From: a virus
Taxonomy: Duplodnaviria; Caudoviricetes
Virus record (IMG/VR): IMGVR_UViG_3300037067_009382
Coordinates: 26,409-90,408 of that record
Direction: 5' to 3' (one strand)
DNA length: 64,000 nt
This document shows positions 27,217-35,501 of this stretch, in pieces. The translations under genes and the position numbers were made by a program. How positions within the stretch are numbered: the first letter of the stretch is position 1; each line of letters starts with the position of its first letter. Below the pieces are notes generated by a model that was given only the letters and a program-made list of their open reading frames with translations, was not told the DNA's origin and did not search any database.

Positions 27217-28554
27217 TTAGTTCAGATCAACGATCTTCGCCTGTTTCCGGAAGTCGTAGCACTTTAGTTCCATCGTGGTACGGAACAGACCCACAATCGC
27301 AAGTTTCCCTACGATGATAGGATCTCTCTGTTCGAAGTACTCGGTGGTGAATGCAACGCCAACTTCCAACCATCTGGTATCCAGGACATAGAAGTTGGAA
27401 CCGGCCAGGGTGAAATCGGCCTTCGTGGATTTCGGAGTATCGACATCGGCGAACAGAGCGATACCATCGTAGGTGCTGACTTGGAAGCCAGCTCTCTGAC
27501 CGGGAATGTTTTCTTCTCCACCACGTTTGACCTGAAAGTCGCCTGTCTCCATATAGCGTCTTTGCGCCTGGAGAGCCTGTTTGAAATGACGCTGTTGATC
27601 GGTACCGGTTAAGAGCAGATCGGGTTCACCACCGTAGAATCTGACCCTCTCGATAGCCTCATCAACATAGTCGGTATCGAAATCGCGTGGTACACCATCA
27701 CCGTCAAAGACGTTACCTGCATTGTATGCCAGAGCAGTTCTGGTAGCGCCGCCAGGTGTAGCAGCGGTGAAGTTGTAGCAGTCGACGTTCTGGTTGTTGG
27801 CACCGGCTACAGTACGGCCATCTTCCTCGATGATGTCATCGAGTGAGGTCATACCTTTTCTGCTCTTGACGGTAATAGCATCGCTTTGGACCAGAGCCGC
27901 AGCGGCACCACCACCAACTAGAGTAAAGCCGATCACACCGGTTGTGGTATTGATAGCGGTCAGGAGAATGCCTCCTGCGGCCGCATTCTGGCTTTCCCAA
28001 AGGATATCGCCAATTCTGAAGGCAGAGGGATTGGAAACCGCGGCAACGCCTGTCAAGCCGGCAGTTTTGACAACATCGACAGCGGAACACAACAGTTCCT
28101 GTTGGAGTTCCTTGACGTGGTCAATTTCACCGAACTGTAACTCTTTTGCCATCGCGTCTCCGATACCGCCCTCTTTGGTTGCAATCCATTGAGCCAGTTC
28201 GGATGAACCGACGGGTGTCACTACCTGGCGAGGCAGTGAATATACTGATTGGTAAGTCTGCTTACCAACATCGGGCAGGGCCTCAATCTCTCCGATAGGT
28301 TTAGATTGAGCGTTCCTCGCAGAACGGATACGCCAACCGATAACGTTACCCCAGGTGTTATGACGCAGGAGATTGAAGAACTTCCTTTGAGAGTTCAACG
28401 AGTCCCACACCTTTGCACCGTAGGTGACATTAAAGAAGTCGGCAACCTGCAGCGGGTCGTCAGCCTTCAACAGGTATTCGCCTGCTAGCCCGAAGGGACG
28501 TGACTGTGATCGCTGAATAAACTCCAGCACCGTTTGTTTAAGCTGTGGACTCAT
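27217..28554 (-). CDS. Major capsid protein (HK97 fold) with insertion domain
   Basis: 445 aa after the scaffold; E-loop, GGEPDLLLTG, GFQVSTYDGIALFAD and terminal RTTMELKC...AKIVDL patterns. Confidence 0.85.
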   Translation of the reverse strand: MSPQLKQTVLEFIQRSQSRPFGLAGEYLLKADDPLQVADFFNVTYGAKVWDSLNSQRKFFNLLRHNTWGNVIGWRIRSARNAQSKPIGEIEALPDVGKQTYQSVYSLPRQVVTPVGSSELAQWIATKEGGIGDAMAKELQFGEIDHVKELQQELLCSAVDVVKTAGLTGVAAVSNPSAFRIGDILWESQNAAAGGILLTAINTTTGVIGFTLVGGGAAAALVQSDAITVKSRKGMTSLDDIIEEDGRTVAGANNQNVDCYNFTAATPGGATRTALAYNAGNVFDGDGVPRDFDTDYVDEAIERVRFYGGEPDLLLTGTDQQRHFKQALQAQRRYMETGDFQVKRGGEENIPGQRAGFQVSTYDGIALFADVDTPKSTKADFTLAGSNFYVLDTRWLEVGVAFTTEYFEQRDPIIVGKLAIVGLFRTTMELKCYDFRKQAKIVDLN

Positions 28555-29358
28555 TTACATCCCTCCTCTTAAAGGTAGTCCACGAGTGTTGCCCAGGAAA
28601 GCTCTATACGCTGGGTCGATTGATCTTCGCATCGCTATAATATTTTCCCAGGATTGACCCGTGACCTGCTTCGCTACGTTCTCAGCCTCGGTTTGCTCAT
28701 CGCCAGGAGCTTCCACGGACTTTCGAATTTCGCTCGGCTCGGCTTTTTCTACATTGGCCGGTAAGGCGCCTGAGGCTGTGACAAAACCTTCTTCCGCCAT
28801 CTTCTGTTGGAAGCGAGCATTGACCATTTCCTCAACTTTGTCAGCCGGGATCATTTTTGCAATAGTCCCGTTGAGACGACTGATTTCCTGATTAGCATTA
28901 TCGAGCTGTTTCGCCAGTACCTCTTCGCGCTTGGACGCAATATTCCCGTAGGGGAACGGGAAGGCTTTCTTGACATCCTTGGCTTCCGAAATGGGGTAGG
29001 GGTACGGCTTCTCTTTATCGCCCGGTTCACATTCTTCTGCATTGGTGACTTCAGGCTTCCAAGGACCTTCGGCGGAAACTTTCTTGGGAGCGGTTTGAGT
29101 AGTCTGTTCCATTTCTTTCTTGACGGCTTTCTTTGCCTCGGCCATCAATTCGGGCGGGAACCCTTTCTCATCCTTTTCCTTCGCCTCTTCCTCTTTTTCC
29201 TTTTTGTCTTCTGGTTCATCCTTCGCGGGCTCTTCAGCCTTAATGACCTGCCTTAATAGGCTGTTGGTCTCTTCTTGGGCTTTGAGCAGTTGCGCGAGGG
29301 GTCCGCCCTCAGTGGACTTTTCGAGGGTGGCTGTGTTGGTCTCGTTCTCTTTCTTCAA
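28555..29358 (-). CDS. Capsid scaffolding protein
   Basis: Acidic, coiled-coil 267 aa between protease and capsid; TTG start with AGGAGG. Confidence 0.7.
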   Translation of the reverse strand: MKKENETNTATLEKSTEGGPLAQLLKAQEETNSLLRQVIKAEEPAKDEPEDKKEKEEEAKEKDEKGFPPELMAEAKKAVKKEMEQTTQTAPKKVSAEGPWKPEVTNAEECEPGDKEKPYPYPISEAKDVKKAFPFPYGNIASKREEVLAKQLDNANQEISRLNGTIAKMIPADKVEEMVNARFQQKMAEEGFVTASGALPANVEKAEPSEIRKSVEAPGDEQTEAENVAKQVTGQSWENIIAMRRSIDPAYRAFLGNTRGLPLRGGM

Positions 29359-29393
29359 CGTGACCCTCCTCTTTTGGACTTTCTTGTCTTCAA
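29355..29393 (-). CDS. 12-aa upstream ORF MKTRKSKRGGSR
   Basis: AGGAGG + TTG start; its TGA overlaps the scaffold TTG start (TTGA). Confidence 0.4.
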   Translation of the reverse strand: MKTRKSKRGGSR

Positions 29394-29468
29394 GGTACTC
29401 GACCTCCTACCATTAGAAGACCCAGCGCTAGAGACACTAGTGCGATGTACTGTGTGCCTCTATTATTA

Positions 29469-29498
29469 AGTATAAGTGTTGCGCCTGGCCCAAAACAA
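29469..29498 (-). promoter_or_regulatory. Putative late promoter for scaffold/capsid operon
   Basis: TTGTTT-18-TATACT, with CTTGTTTTGG shared with the promoter at 43308. Confidence 0.5.
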
Positions 29499-29545
29499 GG
29501 GGACTCGGGGTAATAAAAGGAGAGTTTTAAGGGATTTGCGGAAAA

Positions 29546-31039
29546 TTACGAGGCTAGATACAACCCTTTGGTATCTAGCGTAGCTGAATCGGCTTCTACG
29601 TCATCGCACTTCAGTAGGATGAACTTCGCTGCCTGGTTCTTTCCTTCCTCGCAGATCGTGACTTCATGCAACTCGAGGTTGGTTACATCCCACCAGCAAA
29701 CATTATTCTCGCATACGTACTTCCGCCCGAGTGCCTCGCCCCCGATTGAGAAGCTCCGTAGTATGCCTTTCCTGATGAGGTCTATGACATCACGAGCGAT
29801 CTTGACATCGTCTCGAAGGATGCACACCACAAATAGACCAATATCGTCTACCTGGCTAATCCATTTCTTTCCATCGTTGTCAGTATATTCTGGCACTACT
29901 TCTGCTACTTGAGCATTGCGGTGCTTGATCATTACGTTGCGGAACTTAGGTTGCTCCATAAACTTCGCGAAGGCTTTCTTCAAGGCATACAGTGGAATGC
30001 GATGTCCTTCTTTATCACGCACCACCGGAGAAGCGTATCCGGCGATAACAACTTTCTTCTTTTCGGCTTTCTCAATAATGAATGCCTTATCCATCAATCC
30101 TGTATACATGGGTGTCGCAGTATCAAAGACGAGAGTATCTTCCTTCAGCAGATAGTTGCCCGTTACGATATAATGCATCCCGGCGAAGCCTAACTCGATC
30201 TTCTTCTGGGAGTTAAGTCCATCCACGACCCTGATTGTTGCCTCACGCATTGGCTCACTATCGGAAATACCAAATAGCTCGCACAGGTACCAATTTCGTG
30301 GTCTTCCTGCCTCGAGCGAAATTAACTTGTCGAGGGCCATTGCGATCTGTACCCTATCGTCGGGATGATTTAGGTCATCAGCAGCGTCCTCGAGCACACT
30401 GTATACCTTACCAGCGTCTGCACGCTTCATCTCGAGTTCTTCTGAATCAACCCCACCTGCTCCAAGCTTGTCGATGTCACGTAACTCTCTATCGTGAGCG
30501 AGATATCGCTTCCGAACATCGTCGGCACATTTCATTACGCGGGGTCTGAGATTAGTTGCAACAACGTTCAACTGATTATCAGTCACGGTCTTATCAGGAT
30601 TGGCTAAATCCAAATACGTTTGGAGCATCTTGAAATAATGCTCGTGAGGCCCACCATATCCCTGGATAGACTGTCTTGGGTGTCCACCCATAAACTCGCT
30701 AACACTAAAAGGCCCCTCAATCGAAACGTCGGAGGCATCTTCACCCCAATGCACCTGATCCACTGGATGGGGTTCATCATATCCCACGTGTCTATGCTCT
30801 TCAATAGTAGGATTTACCCGTGGAAGAATTTTGCGGATAATAAATTGTTGGGCAATTCCAACTGTCTCGATAGCCTTATGCATAGCCTCACCGGGCATAT
30901 AGTCGACCTTCTCGTTTGTCCCTATCGTCAGAGGTAAGGACTCATCGGTCGTATCTGGTTCGTATTTCTCTACGGGACGCTTTGAGATTTCCTCGTGCAA
31001 CTTCTTCAGTTCGGACTCGTCCATCTTTTTGAGATCCAT
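29546..31039 (-). CDS. Prohead protease (C-terminal HK97-type protease domain, long unknown N-terminal region)
   Basis: IAGYAS..VRDKEGHRI, MIKHRNAQVA, LRSFSIGG, LHEVTICEEGKNQAAKF. Start moved to ATG 31039 (MDLKK) behind AAGGAG. Confidence 0.88.
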   Translation of the reverse strand: MDLKKMDESELKKLHEEISKRPVEKYEPDTTDESLPLTIGTNEKVDYMPGEAMHKAIETVGIAQQFIIRKILPRVNPTIEEHRHVGYDEPHPVDQVHWGEDASDVSIEGPFSVSEFMGGHPRQSIQGYGGPHEHYFKMLQTYLDLANPDKTVTDNQLNVVATNLRPRVMKCADDVRKRYLAHDRELRDIDKLGAGGVDSEELEMKRADAGKVYSVLEDAADDLNHPDDRVQIAMALDKLISLEAGRPRNWYLCELFGISDSEPMREATIRVVDGLNSQKKIELGFAGMHYIVTGNYLLKEDTLVFDTATPMYTGLMDKAFIIEKAEKKKVVIAGYASPVVRDKEGHRIPLYALKKAFAKFMEQPKFRNVMIKHRNAQVAEVVPEYTDNDGKKWISQVDDIGLFVVCILRDDVKIARDVIDLIRKGILRSFSIGGEALGRKYVCENNVCWWDVTNLELHEVTICEEGKNQAAKFILLKCDDVEADSATLDTKGLYLAS

Positions 31040-31040
31040 A

Positions 31041-31220
31041 CTACGCTCCTTTAGGCCCCGCCTCTTGTGTATTATACGTTTCGCCATCACCTTCCGGACT
31101 CGGTGGAATCTCGTCGATCTTAGTGACTCCCTTTGGTTCGGGTGTCACCCTAAATCCGAATTCTTCCTCGGCTGCAAAAATCTCGTCACGAAACTTTTTC
31201 CTCTCTTCGGGTGTCATCAT
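31041..31220 (-). CDS. Small hypothetical protein (59 aa)
   Basis: AAGGAG RBS, MMTPEERKKFRDEIF... Confidence 0.55.
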   Translation of the reverse strand: MMTPEERKKFRDEIFAAEEEFGFRVTPEPKGVTKIDEIPPSPEGDGETYNTQEAGPKGA

Positions 31221-31230
31221 ATGTCTCTCC

Positions 31231-33918
31231 TTAATCGGGCTCGGCTCCGAATCCATCTACAAACTTCTCCATTCCAGCGCGATCGATATGCCAAATCTCA
31301 CTACCGCTCGAAGTCTTCAATTTCATCGTGAACCCTAACTTTTTATAGAACCCCTTTGCGCTCTCGACTGGGATGAGTGTCACTTCTTGAATCTTCTCAT
31401 CATCGAGCGTATTCATAAACAGCTCGGCCATCAGACGTGAGCCAATATGTGTAACATGCCGTGCATCAGTTGACTTAGGATAATTCCAGGGCGCTGAAGC
31501 CAAGAAGTCAACGTGCACAGCATCGCCCTTCGGTCGTTTGAAGTACGCCATAACTCCTTGAGTTTGGCCCTTCGCGGTAATATGCATTCCCTGGTCGTTT
31601 CCTCGAGAGATTTCGGCCATTGCTCCAACTCCGTCAGCAAGTGACTCCCTAACCTGGGCGCGTTGTTCGGGAGTGATCGCCCTCTTGACGATTGCATCGT
31701 GCGCTTCAGTCCATCGTGCCTCTGCATCGCCAAGTCGCTCTTGATCAGTTGAGTGTACTGTATGGGGTAGATCTAGCACATCATCGGAAGTGGTTGGTCT
31801 ACCGGCTCCAACGTGCTTGGGTGCCTCTGTAGGTGCAACTGTCGCAGGTAGCTGTGTTGCTTCAGGTTTCAGTCCGAGCTGTTTAGCCTGCTCTGGTGTT
31901 ACCCAGAATTTTTGATAGAACGTCTTCCCACCTCGTGTGATAGGTTTATTGACAAGAACCTTACCTACGTTAGAGAAGGCTTTCTCCATCTGGGTAATTC
32001 TATCCTCGGGCTTGATTTCTACACCCTGAGGAATGCCATCGAACACCTCTTTCAGCGTTTCGGGATTTCTTAGTCCATAGTTCTCGTGTAGTATCTCTTT
32101 GAATACTCCCAGGTTATAATTATCGATCTCCGCTTCGGTTATCCATTTGTAGTCGGTATGCTCTTCGGACAGCTTAACATCGCCCGTAGCACTTGCTTCG
32201 TAGAAGATTACGGGTTTAGTCTCCTTCCCGAGCTTGAGCACCTTTACAGTAAAGCAATCGGGATCGGATATCATTAGACCCGCTTCCTCTTTAACTTCGC
32301 GTGCGAGTGCATCCTCAAGCTTCTCTTCGTCCTTCAAATGTCCACCGGGTAGATCCCACCAATCGCTACCCGCATCTTTCAATATCAAGATCTTGCCATC
32401 CTTACGAATGACAGCCTTAACCGAAAGTTTAATGTCCTGAGCTTTAGTGAATGGGATGCCTCGTTTACTCATTTCGTCTTCGAGCACCACTATCATTACG
32501 TCATTGGGCAGGGCGTTCTCTGGTGAGAGCGGATCCCAGATCGTCATAGGTTCGTCGGTGCTAATTCCCTCACTAGATTGTCCTGGAAACAGATTCGCGA
32601 TCGTTCTCTTGCGGCCACTACCACCAAACGTTGGAGTGAAGCCTGTAGATGTAACTGTCGCTCCACCAAAGCCTCCATCTCCGCCACCCTCTTTCTCGAC
32701 GTTACCATATCGAGTTGTGGTTCGTTCGCCCTCTCGATAAATCTCATCTGCCACGCGCAGCGCATTGGTAAGGTTAGTAGAGCGTTCGGACATCTCCTTC
32801 TGTACACGTTTCAGAGCTCCTGTGTACTGTTGCCAAAGTTCAGCAGTACCTCTATCCTTATTCGCTAACGCATTCTCGATCTCACTATCGAGAATGCCTA
32901 TCGCCTCCGCAATCATGTCATTATCGTATAGTAGTCGTGCCTTTGCAATACCCCGAGAGGTATAGCCTGAGATCGGAATCTGAGATAGGCGGTCGAGAGG
33001 TGTTGTATCGTCAGGTTCACTCTTCATTATTATATTAGTGGCTCGTGGTAGGTATGCGGTAAAGGTTTTGAACTCACCCTTTCGTATTGTATCGGTTCCG
33101 GCCATTTCCACACCTAGTATGCCACCTACGGAAACATTCATATCAGTATTAACACTCTGCCCTAATCGCAGGTAGTACTTACCTTCAAATTCAATTGCGT
33201 CTGCTTTAGGCATTCCCGAAGATTTTGCAACGCGCGTGTCGTCAATTCTCACTTGACCAGTCTCGGGTGCTCTAGCAGGCCCCCATCCACGAGAGTAAAG
33301 CTTACAGCGTCCCTTCGGACTAATCGAGCCGATAACCTTAACGCATCCACCTGAATCCTTTGCGGGCTCACTCGCTCCTTCCTTCTTGATGAAAGACTTA
33401 CATGTCGCACACCTATCTGAAGAGGAGGAGTTGTCCACATACGAAGCCTCATTCTTGGAAATCTTAGCCTTAGCCAGATGGGCTTGCAAAATGAGATGGC
33501 TCGTTAACATAGTACCGGCGAGCAACTCCTCGAGCAATAGCTCATCTCCCTTGGAGAGCAGTTCACCTAATTTTCCCATCCCTATTGTTTCGGCCCATTC
33601 TTTACTGATCGGCCCTACGGCTACCTCATAGCGGAACATCTTATCGCTTGGAGCTGATTTCGCAACCACTAGCATCTTTGCAGTGGTTCCACTTACAGGC
33701 CCGTTATACTCTGTCGGTAGGGCCTTCTTAACTCCGTGGGTTGCTGAAATAGCAGCAACGATTGAAGCTAGGCCGTCTTCGGAGTAATCGTTAAACCTCT
33801 GGGCGAATTCCTCTTTCGTTATATCACCTGGTAGTGATTCAACATCGCACCAGTAGGTAACCGCCTCCTGTGACATGCCTTTCAGAAGTTCTTTTACGCT
33901 TGCTTCATAATCAATCAT
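31231..33918 (-). CDS. Multidomain head-associated protein (HiPIP-like Cys motif, ligase-OB-like segment, Nudix hydrolase, GNAT acetyltransferase)
   Basis: CATC...C.KVIGSISPKGRCKLY; exact Nudix box GGHLKDEEKLEDALAREVKEEAGL; GNAT tail IGSRLM...SAKGFYKKLGF. Start at ATGA overlap 33918. Confidence 0.8.
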   Translation of the reverse strand: MIDYEASVKELLKGMSQEAVTYWCDVESLPGDITKEEFAQRFNDYSEDGLASIVAAISATHGVKKALPTEYNGPVSGTTAKMLVVAKSAPSDKMFRYEVAVGPISKEWAETIGMGKLGELLSKGDELLLEELLAGTMLTSHLILQAHLAKAKISKNEASYVDNSSSSDRCATCKSFIKKEGASEPAKDSGGCVKVIGSISPKGRCKLYSRGWGPARAPETGQVRIDDTRVAKSSGMPKADAIEFEGKYYLRLGQSVNTDMNVSVGGILGVEMAGTDTIRKGEFKTFTAYLPRATNIIMKSEPDDTTPLDRLSQIPISGYTSRGIAKARLLYDNDMIAEAIGILDSEIENALANKDRGTAELWQQYTGALKRVQKEMSERSTNLTNALRVADEIYREGERTTTRYGNVEKEGGGDGGFGGATVTSTGFTPTFGGSGRKRTIANLFPGQSSEGISTDEPMTIWDPLSPENALPNDVMIVVLEDEMSKRGIPFTKAQDIKLSVKAVIRKDGKILILKDAGSDWWDLPGGHLKDEEKLEDALAREVKEEAGLMISDPDCFTVKVLKLGKETKPVIFYEASATGDVKLSEEHTDYKWITEAEIDNYNLGVFKEILHENYGLRNPETLKEVFDGIPQGVEIKPEDRITQMEKAFSNVGKVLVNKPITRGGKTFYQKFWVTPEQAKQLGLKPEATQLPATVAPTEAPKHVGAGRPTTSDDVLDLPHTVHSTDQERLGDAEARWTEAHDAIVKRAITPEQRAQVRESLADGVGAMAEISRGNDQGMHITAKGQTQGVMAYFKRPKGDAVHVDFLASAPWNYPKSTDARHVTHIGSRLMAELFMNTLDDEKIQEVTLIPVESAKGFYKKLGFTMKLKTSSGSEIWHIDRAGMEKFVDGFGAEPD

Positions 33919-34976
33919 ACCATCACTCCCCATGGCTTCATTTCCGGAGCCAGTACTGTCTTAATCACGTTTCCGATTCCCACTACGAATCCATCTTGCG
34001 AAATGTGGTGATACCAATCCTTGGGCGGTAACTGCTTCTTTGAGAGATTCGCAATGCTCTCTTTGATTACTCCAAAGCCCGTTCGTTCTATCTCCCTCTG
34101 CCATGCATGAGTCGAAACTCTTAATGGTTGGGCTTGAGGCACGGCCGTATGGGTCGTTGAGGCGGGTTCCTCAGGTTTAACGTGTACAGTCTGCATAAAC
34201 GTCTTCCCGTCACGAGTTACCTGTACCTTCTGAGGTTGTGTTCCAACGGGTATAGCCTTCTGGAATTCAAGTGTAGCCTTTCTCGCGAATGAGGCAACAC
34301 CCTCGAGATCACTAAGCGTTCCTCTCCCAGAGGCCAGATTTCTATCGAACATCATGTGCCTAAGTTCGGCACTCTTCCGAACCATATCACGAATCGCGAT
34401 CTTTGTTTCGTCGTCAGTCTTCTCAAGCTTATCTGGTGAGGCATCAAACCTCTCCCAGACGTTCAATTCCTCTTTTACTAGCTGAAGGCGATCCAGTATT
34501 TCATCTGAATCCATCTTCAACCCCTGGCGGATCATCCTCACAGCCTCATTCAGATATCCCGATACAGTAGACCAGTGGGAATCCGTACAACTTACGCAAG
34601 AAGGGGATTTTTCACCCAGGGTAATTTCGGATTTTACCGTGTCTTTGCCTTGAGGCTGTATATTAGTATTGTCCTCTTCTGCTAGTAATCCCGCTTGATT
34701 TCGATTGATCAATTCCGCAGTCAAAACCGCGGCGAGTATCTCGGCATCCTCTTGTTTGATCTTTCGGCGTGCCTGTTTTGCAACAAGACTCGCCCAAGCC
34801 TCGCGCAGCTCGTCTTCCTTTATGTCGTCAAGACAGTGCTCGTCTTGGGCTATTTTATTGAGGGCTTCTTCTCCACGAATGAACGCTAGGGCACCCACCT
34901 TTCGCGCTATCTGGGATGAACCATACGGTCCACTCTTCCCCCAGTAATATCCGTCCTTCTTTTCTAGTATTGCCAT
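33915..34976 (-). CDS. Head-associated protein with putative C-terminal RNase-like domain
   Basis: Shared tag VTRDGKTFMQTVHVKP followed by STHAWQREIER...IKTVL. Confidence 0.55.
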   Translation of the reverse strand: MAILEKKDGYYWGKSGPYGSSQIARKVGALAFIRGEEALNKIAQDEHCLDDIKEDELREAWASLVAKQARRKIKQEDAEILAAVLTAELINRNQAGLLAEEDNTNIQPQGKDTVKSEITLGEKSPSCVSCTDSHWSTVSGYLNEAVRMIRQGLKMDSDEILDRLQLVKEELNVWERFDASPDKLEKTDDETKIAIRDMVRKSAELRHMMFDRNLASGRGTLSDLEGVASFARKATLEFQKAIPVGTQPQKVQVTRDGKTFMQTVHVKPEEPASTTHTAVPQAQPLRVSTHAWQREIERTGFGVIKESIANLSKKQLPPKDWYHHISQDGFVVGIGNVIKTVLAPEMKPWGVMV

Positions 34977-34984
34977 TTCTTCAC

Positions 34985-35494
34985 CTACCGTATCCTATCT
35001 AATCTGTGCATCAAGAAATCGGGCATGTGCCTGATCCCATCAGCTACTGCATACGCCATATAGTATTTTGGTGCCTCCGCTGGAATGGGGTGTTCCTGTG
35101 TACCGACTACTCTGAATCCGATATTCCTTCCACCATATCGCAAGTGTGCGATCGCACCAGTTTCGTATACCCGTTGGTAGGGTTGAATCGCTATTGAGCG
35201 CTCTCCATGACCACCTCGAGCACGTATGTGACCTTGAACCAATCGAGGAGTGGGATTTCGTATGACCCATTCTCTATGGCCCCATTCAACTGCTGCCGCA
35301 TGAATTGCTCTATAGCCTACCTCAAATCCATCGTGCGTATTCCGATCGAAGTATCCTGAGTGTAGCAGTGTCGCATCATCGGTGAATCGCGAAACGTTGC
35401 GCTGCGATTCAGCAAAGATAAACTCGCCGGTATCCTTAACTCCCTCTACGAGGGCGTCCACAATCTCGTTAATTGATTCCTTCGATATGTGCAT
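34985..35494 (-). CDS. Minor capsid/neck protein (HK97 gp10-like)
   Basis: FIFAESQRNV...LLHSG...VGYRAIHAAAVEWGH...PKYYM pattern. Confidence 0.6.
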   Translation of the reverse strand: MHISKESINEIVDALVEGVKDTGEFIFAESQRNVSRFTDDATLLHSGYFDRNTHDGFEVGYRAIHAAAVEWGHREWVIRNPTPRLVQGHIRARGGHGERSIAIQPYQRVYETGAIAHLRYGGRNIGFRVVGTQEHPIPAEAPKYYMAYAVADGIRHMPDFLMHRLDRIR

Positions 35495-35501
35495 AAAACT
35501 C

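Noticed and set aside
33000-33700. A functional DNA ligase within the 896-aa protein
   Set aside because: Only an OB-like fragment is suggested; no KxDG adenylation motif was found.
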